Source of the DNA: Tubiluchus corallicola | Lineage: Eukaryota > Animalia > Priapulida | Direction: 5' to 3' | Assembly (NCBI GenBank): GCA_030141605.1 | Contig: JAQGDQ010000036.1 | Location: forward strand, 248,001 to 312,000 | Length of the DNA stretch: 64,000 nt | In this document: positions 1 through 12,045 of the stretch, piece after piece | How positions within the stretch are numbered: the stretch's first letter is position 1 | How the letters are laid out: each line of letters begins with the position of its first letter | Made by a program: the position numbers and the translations under genes | The notes under the pieces: generated by a model | What the model saw: the letters and a program-made list of their open reading frames with translations, nothing else | What the model was told of the DNA's origin: nothing | The model's database searches: none

Positions 1-224
1 TCAAATCCTATGAAAATCAATTTAATTTGAAGTGATTGCAACTTACTTTGAGAAAGCAATTTTAAGTAAAATTGCCCTAAAACAGCTTAAAATTACAGCA
101 ACGAATTTTCTAAATAAAATATTTTTCCAAATCAAAAATAAGGTTGACATTGCATAATTTTAAATAATTGTGATTTTTGATAGCCATTAGTCAAAGCGCC
201 TCTGATAATAATTAAAGAAAAGTA

Positions 225-800
225 GAAAGTGAAAGAAAAAAAGAGAGAGAGAGAGAGAGAGGGGGAGAGAGAGAGAGAGAGAGAGAGAGAGTGAGAGAGA
301 GAGGCAAGAGAAAGAGAGAGACAACAAGAAGGGAGAGAGGGGAGAGAGGGAAAGAGGAGAAAGGAAAGAGAATGAGAGGGATACAGAGCTAGAGAGGGGT
401 GGGAAGTGAGAGAGAGCAAGAGAGAGAGAGAGAGAGAGGGGGGAGACAGAGGGACAAAAAGCAGGAGAGAGGAGGCGGTAGATAGAGAGCAAGAGGGGCG
501 AAAGAGAGGAACTGAAGGAAAGCAAGAGGCCAGAAAGAAACAAAGACACAGGAAAAGACAGACAGACAGGCAAAATGAGAGACAGCTAGATAGATTGATT
601 GACAAACAAACAGAGAATGAGAGACAAAATCAGAGTGGACAAAGCGAGTGACAGGGGAAAGGCAGAGGAAAAAGAGGAATAGAGAGGAAGCAAAAAAAGA
701 GAAAGAGACAGACACAAAGGGAAAGGAGATGAAAAGAGAGAGAGGATGAGAGGGGTAAGAATGGAGGGATGAAAAGAGAGAGTAGCAAACAGAGAAAGAG
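225..800. repeat. (GA)n microsatellite / purine-rich low-complexity tract
   Basis: Long AG-rich run; it generates the spurious SL-rich and RE-rich ORFs at 132-715. Confidence 0.9.
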
Positions 801-1885
801 AAATCGAAGACTTTGTCTTTGTCCTACTAAAATAACAGATTTAGCAATTAAAAACCTATCCGTGATTATTCTAATAAAAAGATTTTGCTATTAAATGTTT
901 TATTCCGTGAAACGAGTTGCTATTTCCGGGAAGTTATGTTTTCTGGGAAAAAATGTCTCAGAAACGTACTAAAATCCTCAACGGTAGGACTTACTGTGTG
1001 AAAAGGAGCCTGATTTATAATTAACAATATTCATCCAGGATGAGACACTCTACCCCGTTTCACTGCTACCGTGATACGTACGCTCCTTAATACAAGTTCG
1101 TCATACACCAGTGAGAGTAGTCAGGCCAATTTACCAAATAAAAATACTTAAATTCGAATTTCAAAGTGTTCACGAATCCACACTCTGTCCAAGGTCGTCG
1201 TTGCTTAATTAAGGTAATCAAGCACATGTCATACCCACTCATTTATTTTTCTCTTCGCTTCCCCTAATTATAAAGCAATTCTCTTCCATTTTACTCAACA
1301 AGCTGGGTGTTCTGGACATTTCGCTTCGGTATAGAGCAGGTGTTGTGATTCCTATTTTTAGCTGAGCAAAAACCTCTTGAAAACTGCATAAAGGCGCGTA
1401 GTGTAATAGCTTCCCTGGAAACAATTTATGTGGCTACTCTTCTGAGAACTGATTAAATCAACGATCATTAATCGATCAAAACAATAAACATTGCTAATTT
1501 TGATATATCTGAAGTGAATGTACTGCCTCCTCAAAAAGTGTGCGTGCGAGTGTCAAGGCCATGCAGTACTCGTCCTGTACTCTTTTAGGTTTTATTATAC
1601 ACGTAGTTGCTCTAATGAAGTGGACAACTATAGAATTATAACGCTGCGTTCAGTCTATCTGAATGCCTTTTGCTAACTCCTGAGTAATCTAAGAACTTGA
1701 TATTTAACATACTGGTAGGGCGAAGCGTACTAATTTTTGGATCAATCTGCGCAAATTTAGATTTTATACTTCATACTAATTTTAAATATCCGCGTGTAAC
1801 AACTCACGCTGCAATCTGCCGACGCAACCAATCGAATTATGACTCATTACTCATTAGCAAGAAATCAAACAACAACAAAACTACC

Positions 1886-2010
1886 AATGTGTCCAAATGT
1901 TCTTGTGTCCAAATGTCCTTGGGTCCAAATGACCTATGTGTTCAAGCGTCCTATGTAACCACATGTCCAAATGTCCTATGTGTCGAAATAGCCTGTGTCG
2001 AGAACGTCTA
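1886..2010. repeat. Degenerate 15-16 bp minisatellite (tgtccaaatgtcc..), probably a TE arm
   Basis: Repeated gtccaaatgt(c/t)c units visible in the sequence. Confidence 0.6.
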
Positions 2011-2877
2011 ATACAGCCGAATTAGATTCAAACATTTTCCATGTTTTAACAGCACAACTTATTCCCGTTCAACTTTACTGATCATTACTTGTAAATTTAT
2101 TTGTTCGCTCACACTCACTCGCAGAGAAAAGTCTAGCTTAATCTACAACAAAGCGGAATCAAATAATAAAATTCAGCTGTGAATCCAGTCAATCCACTGC
2201 TTCAGCCTTGTCACTCCTATACTTTCACTCTACCTTTACAGAAACAGCATGTTGTAAACACTGCCTGCTTCATTTCAGAATTGAACAGAACACCCCTTCA
2301 GCAATAGTTATATGCAAACTAACTGAGTGAAAACTGATCGTGTAGACAGTTTTGTAAAAATTAAGTTTAACGTTTTAAGTGGAAAATATGAACATTAGAT
2401 AGACTTAAACGTTATGTGTTTCTATGCGCGCATGAAACTTGGCAATTCCACAAACCCTTAACTTTGGGAAGGTTACAATCTATACTTTATGTCAATGGCC
2501 TTACACTTCACACTGCTGAATGAACTTCATGGAGTTCAATTATTGAAAATCATCAAACAAGCTAGAGTTAAGTTTTTATTGTCTGGCTTTTTACGCTGCC
2601 ATCACTCCGTGTCCAAAAACTTTGAAATTATTATCATTTCAAGGAAATGACACAGGGAAATTATTTCAACAAAAATTATATAACATAATATAGAAAAACA
2701 GTGAGATGTCAACCGAATTAAATCAATGTAATTGACTGGATTAGCTATGATAATCCTCAGAAACTTTCAATATTCAATAATGATTTTGATTTTAATTTCC
2801 AACTGCCACTTTTTGTACTTAGTGGTAGACTTATTCTATCCATACTTTACTATTTCCCATATAGTTCGTATGCGAGT

Positions 2878-2968
2878 TTTTGATTTAGATTTAGAATTTG
2901 ATTTGGAATTTGAATTTGATTTAGAATTTGAATCAAAATCATTTAGAAAATGATTTTGATTTAGAATC
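2878..2968. repeat. (tttgatttagaa)-type short tandem repeat
   Basis: Repeated tttga/ttaga hexamers. Confidence 0.7.
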
Positions 2969-5301
2969 TACAGAACAAATGAAAAAGAAGTTCACCGTGG
3001 GTTACACAATTATTAACATCTGTAATTACAATCATTCTGCTGCAATGTAGAATTGTAGGACCTATAGATAGAAAAATCACTAAATTGTGTATGTTCAATT
3101 CAACTGTTGAACATATCTAGTTTTGCTGGAGTGTTTGGATATTATGGCTTTACCAGGCCTGTTTGATGAATGGATGAAGATGTAAAATACGCAGCTAGAT
3201 ATCAGACACTTTCACTAAATGTTCTTTTAAAATAAGTCAAAGTCATATCTCAAACGAAAGATTTTGATTTAGAATTATCTTATCAAACGTATTTATTCTG
3301 TTAGTTTTAGCTTTACGATGAATAAATGAAGATATTACCGTCTCGACCTAAACAGCCCATGCGGCCTTAGCTTAGTTTTTGTTGGGACATCGATTATTTT
3401 CTACACAAAGAAGCCAGCCCTGGATGTTTACACAGTATCTAATTTACCTTTTCTTATTTTATGCAGTGGCAATTTTAAAACAATTCCGACTACGACAAAT
3501 TCTTCTGGAGAGCCATTTTGATACCATAAGGCCTATATAATAATCCATCCACACAGCTTTACTTCATTACTATCATTAAAGGAGTTAAGAATAATAAACA
3601 ACACTACAGGGAATATTTACACATTTAAATCCGCTTGTGTACAAAACATACTTGCGTTGTTTTCATCAATGTTTAAAATTTTACAGTGATGAAAAATTTG
3701 TTAACTGCAAGTACCTTACAGTTAACAAATCTGACTGTACAGCTTACTTTATTAACTCACTTAACTGGGTCACACATGAGTAGAATTTTGGACTGATCGA
3801 GTGTTATCAAAAGAAACACAGGTATTATTGTCTCTACAGAAAATGAGGTAAAGATGCTTTGCCTCAAAGACTCACTTGAGAAGTGTTATGTTTTGATGAA
3901 AGTACATTCATCTATATTGGATTAGCCAAACTGACGCAGCGATAACAATCTGCTTGCGGCTCAACTATTGTTGAGAAACTGTTGCTGAAGGCATTAAAAA
4001 CCTCACAACCACGAACTAGTACAGTTAGCATAAGGGGAACAGTAGGAAAACTGAACAGAGGGGATGGTCGCTCGTAAAAGTGTATTGGGCACTTAGAAAT
4101 AATAATTTAATGAGCATAATAGCATAATCACTTAATTATTGGACAATGAACATCTCATATGATCCAAAATTCTTGTATACAATAAATGATCTCCAGCAGA
4201 AGCAAATATGTGTTTACTAATAAGGTGAATAAAATAAGAGCTATAATAAATATACAAATGCATTCTCATACAAAATTTTCATGTGTTCGAAACTTCCCAA
4301 AGGGCAAGGTGTGCCTTAACAAAAGAAGCTTGTTCCACTCTCTATCTGTCCTTGCAACACCTGTTAAAACTACACAGACAGCGTTTCCAGAAATGTCAAG
4401 ATATGCAAAGTTACTGTATGTAGCATCACGTCCTTTTAACAGAAGGCAAATGTAAGCACGTATGTCTTAAAAAGGCAGTACAATTTGACAAAATAAGGAT
4501 ATGCATTACTTACTAAGAACACCTCAGTACCTCAGCACACCACTAATAAATAATAATGTTTAATGCCTAAGAAGACAGGATAAAAATGTTTTTGTTTTGC
4601 AAAAACCAGGCATGAGCTGGCAAAATTCAGCAGCTGAAAACTCCATGTATATAACAGGCATTGCTGATGGCAAGTTGCGACAAATGGCAAAAACAATATT
4701 CAGATAGACACTCGGCAAATAAAAACTAAACTCGCATACGAACTATATGGGAAATAGTAAAGTATAGATAGAATAAGTCTACCACTAAGTACAAAAAGTG
4801 GCAGTTGGAAATTAGCATTCAATAAAATAATAACGTCCTATAAACATACCGCATACAACCTAGAAAAGCAAATTCAGTTACTAGCCACTCATAACCACCA
4901 ATGTTTATTTTGGTTACATCTTTCGAATTCAAATAATGTAGGCTTTTGTAATGAACACTGGACAGTATTACTGAAATTGTGCTCACTCTACAAATTGCAT
5001 TGTAAACACACAGACAGTAACGGCCAACTGCTTAGCCGATAAGTCTACAACATACCAATAAACAAATGAATTACAGATAATTTGCAAAATTTTGCAACTT
5101 AGTCTATTTTGTTTTGAAGTGAAATTGGAATCAAAATTTTTATTAATTTCATAACTCGGTCTCAGCGCAGAATGCTGTCTCACCAATTGGAATTATTCTT
5201 TGGAAAGCTAATTAATTTGGTAAATCTCTTTTAATCTAATTAATTCGTATCTAATTAATGCGAAAATGTAGTAAAGCAGTAATATTTAATTATAACCTTA
5301 C

Positions 5302-5348
5302 CTAACAGCAACTCTAACACAAGAGTCATCATGAGCAGGAACTGACAT
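5302..5348 (-). CDS. KIF21: KIF21-like kinesin (kinesin-4 family), first coding exon (partial gene; remainder lies left of the window)
   Basis: Minus-strand exon 5302-5583 with acceptor gtgtttcag| and donor AG|gtaagg. ATG at 5348 gives MSVPAHDDSCVRVAV-R with a phase-2 intron, matching the KIF21A/B N-terminus (..DESSVRVAVRIRPQ / DCCVKVAVRIRPQ). No IRPQ..YGQ exon found in 1-5300. Confidence 0.72.
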
Positions 5349-7011
5349 TTTCCAGCAATGTAATTACAATGTGACGTATCCCTGCTATTCCCACGGTCAC
5401 GGGATGTTTTCCAGAAATTTACAGAGTTCTAAGAGTTGAACACAATTTTAAATGAATCATCTTCGGGTAGAAGCAATGGTAAACCATGGCAGAATAATTC
5501 ACTGTCATCTAGCTAGTAGTAAGTTTGTGCCTTTCAGCTGTAGAGCCTAACTCTGTACTGAGACTTCAGCAAAAGCTGCAAACCTGAAACACAAGTCACA
5601 TTAGTGAAACACAAGTAAAATTAGTCATAACACTCAATCAAAAATTCAAATTCAGCTGTTCACTTTTGCACTCTTGACAAACCTGGAACGTTATGTCTTA
5701 ATGTAGCCATAGGTACATTATTATCTGATGCCTTCAGCTGTTACTTTTTAGCCTATTTGATGGCACTATGATGATACCGCATTTTGGCATTTTACAAATA
5801 CTGTACTTACTACCACCATATGCTGAAGGCATTTGTGGAGCAAAGAAAATATGATGTAGATGGTTATATATATTTAAATAAATGCACAATAGGTGCCATT
5901 ATAATATAGACTTCATTATAATCATCCTACAAACTTTCCAGTCAACCCATGTGAACAATTATGCAAAAAGACAAAAAAATAAATATCAACCAATTCTGCT
6001 TGACATATGTCTGGAGATCACAGAAATTGTTTTAAAGTATAGTTACAAAAATACGAGAAAATTGAGTAAAATATAAGTTATGCGATTATATGTAAACATA
6101 TATAAGCCTAAAGGTCCGTCAATTTCAACAGTGATCAGTTAACCGAACATATGAATCAAACAGAGGTCAGAAATAAATAGGTTTGGCTATATTATAGCTA
6201 AACTAAATCCATGCTAAAGTACTCAAACATACTTGAAATATATTACCCATATATATATATATATATATAAAGTACAGGAATGCATTCACTCTTATTTAAA
6301 CAAGTCTTGCCCAGCTTAGTTATAGTTAATAAATGCGCATTCACATAAAATTAGATCCTCAACAAACTTACAACAAAATTAGTCCACATTTGCCTAAACT
6401 TGTAAATCAGTTGATGGTAATTTTCATTGCACATAATTTAATGAAAGTTACAAATGCTAGTGTTTAGTTTCATTTTTAAATTTTAATGTAAATTTTTATC
6501 GAATTGTATTACTGGTAATCACAAACACACTGAACTTTGTGATTTACAGTTTCAAACATGGTGATACACAGGTCACAGAACAAATTTCCTGTTGCTATTA
6601 TTTCAGTGCCAAATCTAATTAAATTTAAATATATTTCTTTGGCAAGTGAAAAATTTATTGCAGATTATAATTAACAATTTCATCAGATCAAAAGCTTAAC
6701 TGCCTTAAATTTGCAAATCTGTCCTGACACACACGTAAAAAGTATGCATAAAGACATGAAATTCTGCTATTAGTAGCTAAGGACGGTTTTAGAAACTGTG
6801 CAGCTCAATTTAGGAGAACCAAAGGCCTGATCAAAATCCGTCACTAGACGATTAAGAATAAAAATACTACAAAAATACAGGAAAATCAAGAATGGAAGTC
6901 TTTACACAAATCGGAAAAATGTTTATAGCCTTATACATTCTGTACAAAGTAAACAGCTAGGATTACCTACAAAGTCACTAACATAGAATCCCTGTAAATG
7001 CATTATTTTTA

Positions 7012-7650
7012 TACTCAAATGTAGATTTAGGTAATTCAAATGTGTCTTGGTAACTCAAATGTAGACTTTGGTAGTTCAAATGTGTTAACAATGGTTTTCA
7101 AGAAATCTTAAGCATTTTTGGTAAGTCAAATGTGACATTGGTATCTCAGATGTGGATAGGTGTTAAAGTTTAAGGATGTTAAATTTAATCTTCTTTAATT
7201 TCAATTTAATAATTGCTCTTAAGTTAAAATAACAACGTTATAGGCCTACTAATAGTTCACTAATATTCTGCAAACTGTACATACCATTGGAACTGTTAGA
7301 GAAAACAATATATTTGAAAAATGTATTAACATCCATACAAATAGTTGCAAATTAATTAAATATAATAAAAATTGATGCTGCCGATAGCACCATGACCATA
7401 AAATATAATTTTAATTTGGTTTTATCTTTTTGTAATTTGTACTTAAATGAGTTAATTACCGATTTATTCAAAGTAATGCATCTACATTTGACTTACCTAA
7501 GTCACATTTGAGTTACCAAAACACATTCGAAATTCCTATGTCAACATTTGACTTACCTAAGTCACATGTGAGTTACCAAAACACATTTGAAATTCCTATG
7601 TCCACATTTGACTTACCTAAGTCACATTTGAACTCCTGTGTCTACATTTG
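7012..7650. mobile_element. Foldback-like element with inverted arms built from ~20-bp subrepeats
   Basis: Left arm 7012-7160 (caaatgtg..ggtaant units) is the reverse complement of right arm 7482-7650 (acatttgacttacctaagtc units, 60-bp higher-order period). Confidence 0.6.
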
Positions 7651-7831
7651 CCATGTAAAACCTATATTAATAGCTTATGATGATAACGTTACAGCTGATT
7701 CCAAAAGGAAAATCAGGTCGGGCAGAGATTAATAGTAAATAGTAATGCTTATATCATAAGTGCAAGAGCACTATGGCTTCAATTGTGCCAACACTGTCAC
7801 ATTGCTTACATCCTACTTGTGACATAGGCAC

Positions 7832-8433
7832 TAGGCCTGTAACGATACATCAATGTAGCATGATACCTTTTGTAACGATACGTGTATCATCAAAATGCAC
7901 CAGTATCGCGATAATGTGAATCATTGATTTCAAGTTCATCTAGTTTCATCTAGTTCAAGCTAGACTATCTGCTGAAAGAAACAGTGTGAAATAATTCAAG
8001 TTACAAATGTAGTGTAACAATCAGTGTAGTGAGCGTAGTATATATAGGCAGCTTGACCTTGACACAGGCAGACCTGCTGCTAGCAGCCAGCCAAAAAAAG
8101 TGGTTGAAAGCGCAATGTGTTTATAATCATTAGTAGGCTAAATACATTTTTACTTATAAGTCATGGCTTGCAGCAAATGTGAACTAGAAAATGCACCAGC
8201 ACATTTTACATCAAAAACTATTGAAATGGTGGCTTACAATGCAAATAATACAAGAGTATAAACAGAAATTGCTGAATTATATTAGCACTTACCAATTTTA
8301 AAATTGTTTGATAAATCTAATATATTCATATAATATATCAACAGCTTAATCTAGTTTTTTCTTATTAAAGCCTGAAACGTTAACTGAATGTGTATAGTGA
8401 TACGTATAGTATCGTGACTTAGGTGTAGCCCTA
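7832..8433. mobile_element. hAT-like MITE (old)
   Basis: Termini taggcctgtaacgatac ... gtatcgtg..tagcccta; imperfect 8-bp TSD ataggcac/gtaggcat. Confidence 0.55.
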
Positions 8434-8456
8434 GTAGGCATTACTATTTACTGTTA

Positions 8457-10202
8457 GGCAGTGACTAAAGGTAGGTATCCGTATCTAGAACTGCAGCAAC
8501 TAAAAATACGGATCCGTGTCTCGAAAGCATTCACTAGAAAATACATATCGATCCATATGGCGAACGATATTAAAGAGAAAATACGGATCGCCATACCACG
8601 AAAGATATTGACGAGAAAGTACGGATCGCCGTACCACGAAAGATATTAACGGGAAATACAGATTGCCATCAGAGGGGCAACATATCACTTTCTGGTTTAT
8701 CTGCAACCTCAAAATCCATAGTTGTAAATATCTGCATCCGCAAAATCTGCGGATTGAGTGAAATTGAATATCCTCATAGATATCTATACAGTGGCCGCCG
8801 CTTACTGTGGACACCTCGGGCCAGCAGTGTATGTCCATATTAAGCGGCTGTCCATATTAAGCGAAGTGACCCATGAAGACCCTTCCCCTTCATTAAAAAA
8901 GGCAAAAAACTGTCTGTATCAATTCGTCTCCTGTTTTATTGAAAAAAAGAAGTCAGACGAGTTTGTTTGGCAGGAAACTTTTCTCTCAAGCTTGAACGGA
9001 AGGAAGTTATGACAGTTTCGAAGCTCTCAAGGCCACGGCAAACGGCGAACTGACTGATGCAATGACTCACACAGGCAGCAGAGCGGGAAGCTCTTTTCAA
9101 AAACGCGCGCAGGCCGTGGTTGGCACGGCTGGTCACGTGCCAAGAATGTTCGCTGTCCATATTAAGCGGTGGTTGTCCATATTAACCGGCGGATTTTATT
9201 AGGGGAAAATTCCGTCCCTCGCGAGTTGTCCACAATAACCGGCTGTCCACAATAACCGTGTCCATAATAAGCGGCGGCCACTGTATTGCTACGTAATCCC
9301 TAGATAACACATGTGGTGAATGCGCGCAACACTCCGTCATATTACGGTGAACGAGTCATGCTTTATTACTATAGCGTAAACGTAGTGTCTGTCTATTTTT
9401 GGTATGAAAGAAGCGTTTATCACCCCGTTTGCATACGAAAAACAACAGGATTAGATAAAAAACTTTTTTCTTATATTACGCTGAACATTTAATTTTTTTC
9501 TGATATGAATATGTTTACATTGCCAATTGAATACATATGCATCTTCCCATTGTAACAGTTTTATCTCATTAATTAGCATTGTTAGTGCTTGAGCATTTCA
9601 TTATGTAATAGATTACATAAGTTTTAGGGTACTTGCTTGACATTATTTAATATTTCTACTGATAAATACCTTTAAAAAGAATGTGAAAATCCTTTTACTG
9701 TACATGCCCATTTTAATTTTTAATAATTACAAATGTTTTTTTACTGGAGTTCTGCTACTTTTCATGTAACTCTAAGGAAATTGCAACAACAGTGAACTAT
9801 TGTCTGCACAGTGACAAAATTATTAGAATTTAATGATTCAGTTAGAACATTTTTTACAAAATGCAAAATTCCTAAGTTTATTTTTGAAGTATCACAGTCC
9901 TTTACTGCATTACCAAATGAGCATTCTACACTCACAGTGCATAAAAGTTACAGTGTAACTATTATATCACGAAGAAAAATGGTACCAAAGAAAAACGGTA
10001 CGGCTAGAGGCTGTATAATGCAATATCACCATTTTCATGAAGTGGGCGTGTACTTTTCAATGATGTGCAGGGCACATGATCAAACGTCTTATGTCGTAAA
10101 AATTGTCAAAATCCGTATGCTTTGTAAATGCGACAAAAAGCAAGGATCCGTATTCAGTATCACAGAAAAGACGAGTACGGATCCGTACCTCTAGCCACTG
10201 CC
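8457..10202. mobile_element. Non-autonomous DNA transposon with 9-bp TSD (MULE- or Merlin-like)
   Basis: ~27-bp imperfect TIRs ggcagtgactaaaggtaggtatccgta / tacggatccgtacctctagccactgcc; perfect TSD ttactgtta at 8448-8456 and 10203-10211; GG..CC ends. Confidence 0.8.
8789..9283. mobile_element. Tc1/mariner (pogo/Tigger-like) MITE nested in the 9-bp-TSD element
   Basis: Perfect 16-bp TIR cagtggccgccgctta/taagcggcggccactg extending to ~26 bp; TA TSD on both sides; internal gtccatattaa repeats. Confidence 0.9.
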
Positions 10203-10734
10203 TTACTGTTAACCTCAGTCCAATCTGGACTTCCTGTTGGAATCAGCTGTAGCGTTATCACCTAAAGCCGATGTGTCTGCTCCTATGAAACTTCTGTACT
10301 GTTTTAAATAAAATAGTTTAGCTTGGCTAAATTCGTGCAGTACCCTGTTAGTGATTTTACATTTTGGTGCCGTGATCGTGAATCAAACAACCTAAGTTCC
10401 ACGCACGAAGCCACTTGGACATACATCTCTCCTCCAAAAAACATTCGTTCATATTAGGTCTCTGACCGTCCTTCACTTTAGTAGTCACTATAAAGACTTC
10501 TCTAAAGTACTATAACTAAAAAAGAGTAACAATTTTGCTCGCCCACCAAATAAATTTCATGTGGACCCATTTGAGCACAGGACCAGGCAATTTGGTAAAA
10601 TTGGTCAAAGCTAGCTTGAATCGCCCTGCCCACAGCAGCTGTTAGAAGCATATAACTGACAAAATAAGAAATATGTTACTTACGGTTACGCACTTTAATT
10701 CAAGTACGAAATACGTATCACATTAACGACTTAC

Positions 10735-11030
10735 TCAGTCATTAAACACTAAAGCTTTAGTACTACTACTGGTAAACATAAAATACTAAGCCCTAACACA
10801 TAGGGTCTCGACATTAACTGACTACAACAGCACTAATTAGACACAGAGTCTACATGAAAATATATGATCTTTTTGCCTAAAATAAAATTAGCAAAACAAC
10901 AACACAAGAGTAAAAACCACCTCTATCGGCACAACCTTCGCGGAATTTAAAATCGATGACATCATCTGGCAGTCACCCGTGAATTGCCACGACCAATCGA
11001 CGGAGAATTACTCAATTCAATTGGCTTTTT
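10735..11030 (-). promoter_or_regulatory. Candidate promoter and non-coding first exon of the KIF21-like gene
   Basis: CpG-richer patch 10920-11005 with CCAAT boxes (10993, 11020); strong minus-strand donor tga|gtaagt at 10734. Inferred. Confidence 0.35.
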
Positions 11031-11282
11031 GTGTGGCTTTTTCTAAGAGCAATTCCAGAAGACTTTATCCTGTTTGGAAAATATTTAAATTGATGTATGT
11101 TGTACTCATACGTATGAGGTCTAACATTAGCATTTTCCTAAAAATGAGATTAGATCCAGCCGCCTCACGAAAATATGGTGCAGCACAACTCATTATAGCC
11201 TATACAGAGTGCAACATAACCTTTTGCTAGAACGCAGAGAAACAATGAGTGTAGTACAAAACAATTTAATACAGCAAGGTAT

Positions 11283-12045
11283 CAAGTGGGAACCTATCAT
11301 GCCGTCGATATTTATAGTGAAACTTGCACTGCCTGAAATCTTGTGGGGAATGACTGGGATTAAAAAAGGTCAGCAGGGTCATGGGTGCCGCCAAAGTTTA
11401 AAAAATTTAATGCATAAACATCTAGGGAGTCCGGGGGAGCACTGTAAGCTCCCTCAATGGCGTCTGGGGCGGGTCTCCGGCCACCAATGCATTTTGGAGA
11501 GCTCAAAATGAGACCTTAATTATGGTACATAGACTTCCTCAAATGTGAAAAATCTGCTTTAATAGATATATTTTACCCACATTTACCTAGGTATGCTGTA
11601 TTCTGTAATATTCGCTGTATTCTATTGTAGCAGCCATACATCTTAAAAGCAGGTTCGTAATATACTGCTGTGCATGACCCATTACTTAAAGTTAAAGGAC
11701 AAGAAAAGGGGTACCTGAAGTAGGTTTCAGAAAAATCGCCTTAAAAATTATATTACTTTATAGCAATTTTATGTGTATATCGTACTCGCGTTAAAAGGAA
11801 TTTTTGTTTGTTTTCACTTTAAATCTCCCGCAATACTGTTCCAATGGCACCATTACATGAAGTCACTATGCAAACATAAATCAGGGGAAGAAAAAGCAAT
11901 GTTAAATTATGTCCCAAAAAACTTTCCATGCAAATCCATATTACCTAGCATTTTGCTAACCTGTTTATGTAACTAGAATAATAATTCAAAATGTTTGTGC
12001 CAATTGGTAAAATGGCACTGACTCACCCTCCAGGGTTCGCCACTC
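11283..12045. mobile_element. Degenerate hAT-like non-autonomous element
   Basis: Weak TIRs caagtgggaacc/ggttcgccact; GC-rich ggggagcactgtaagctccc..gggcgggtctccggcc core of a kind common in invertebrate MITEs. Confidence 0.35.

Noticed and set aside
132-715. Four ORFs of 81-157 aa
   Set aside because: Translations of the (GA)n/(TC)n tract; stop-poor by composition.
2233-2273. Possible alternative kinesin first exon (MKQAVFTTCCFCK|gtagag, minus strand)
   Set aside because: Phase 1 rather than phase 2, weak donor, no kinesin similarity.
7482-7650. CRISPR-like periodic repeat
   Set aside because: No unique spacers, eukaryotic context, no cas genes; it is a tandem TE arm.
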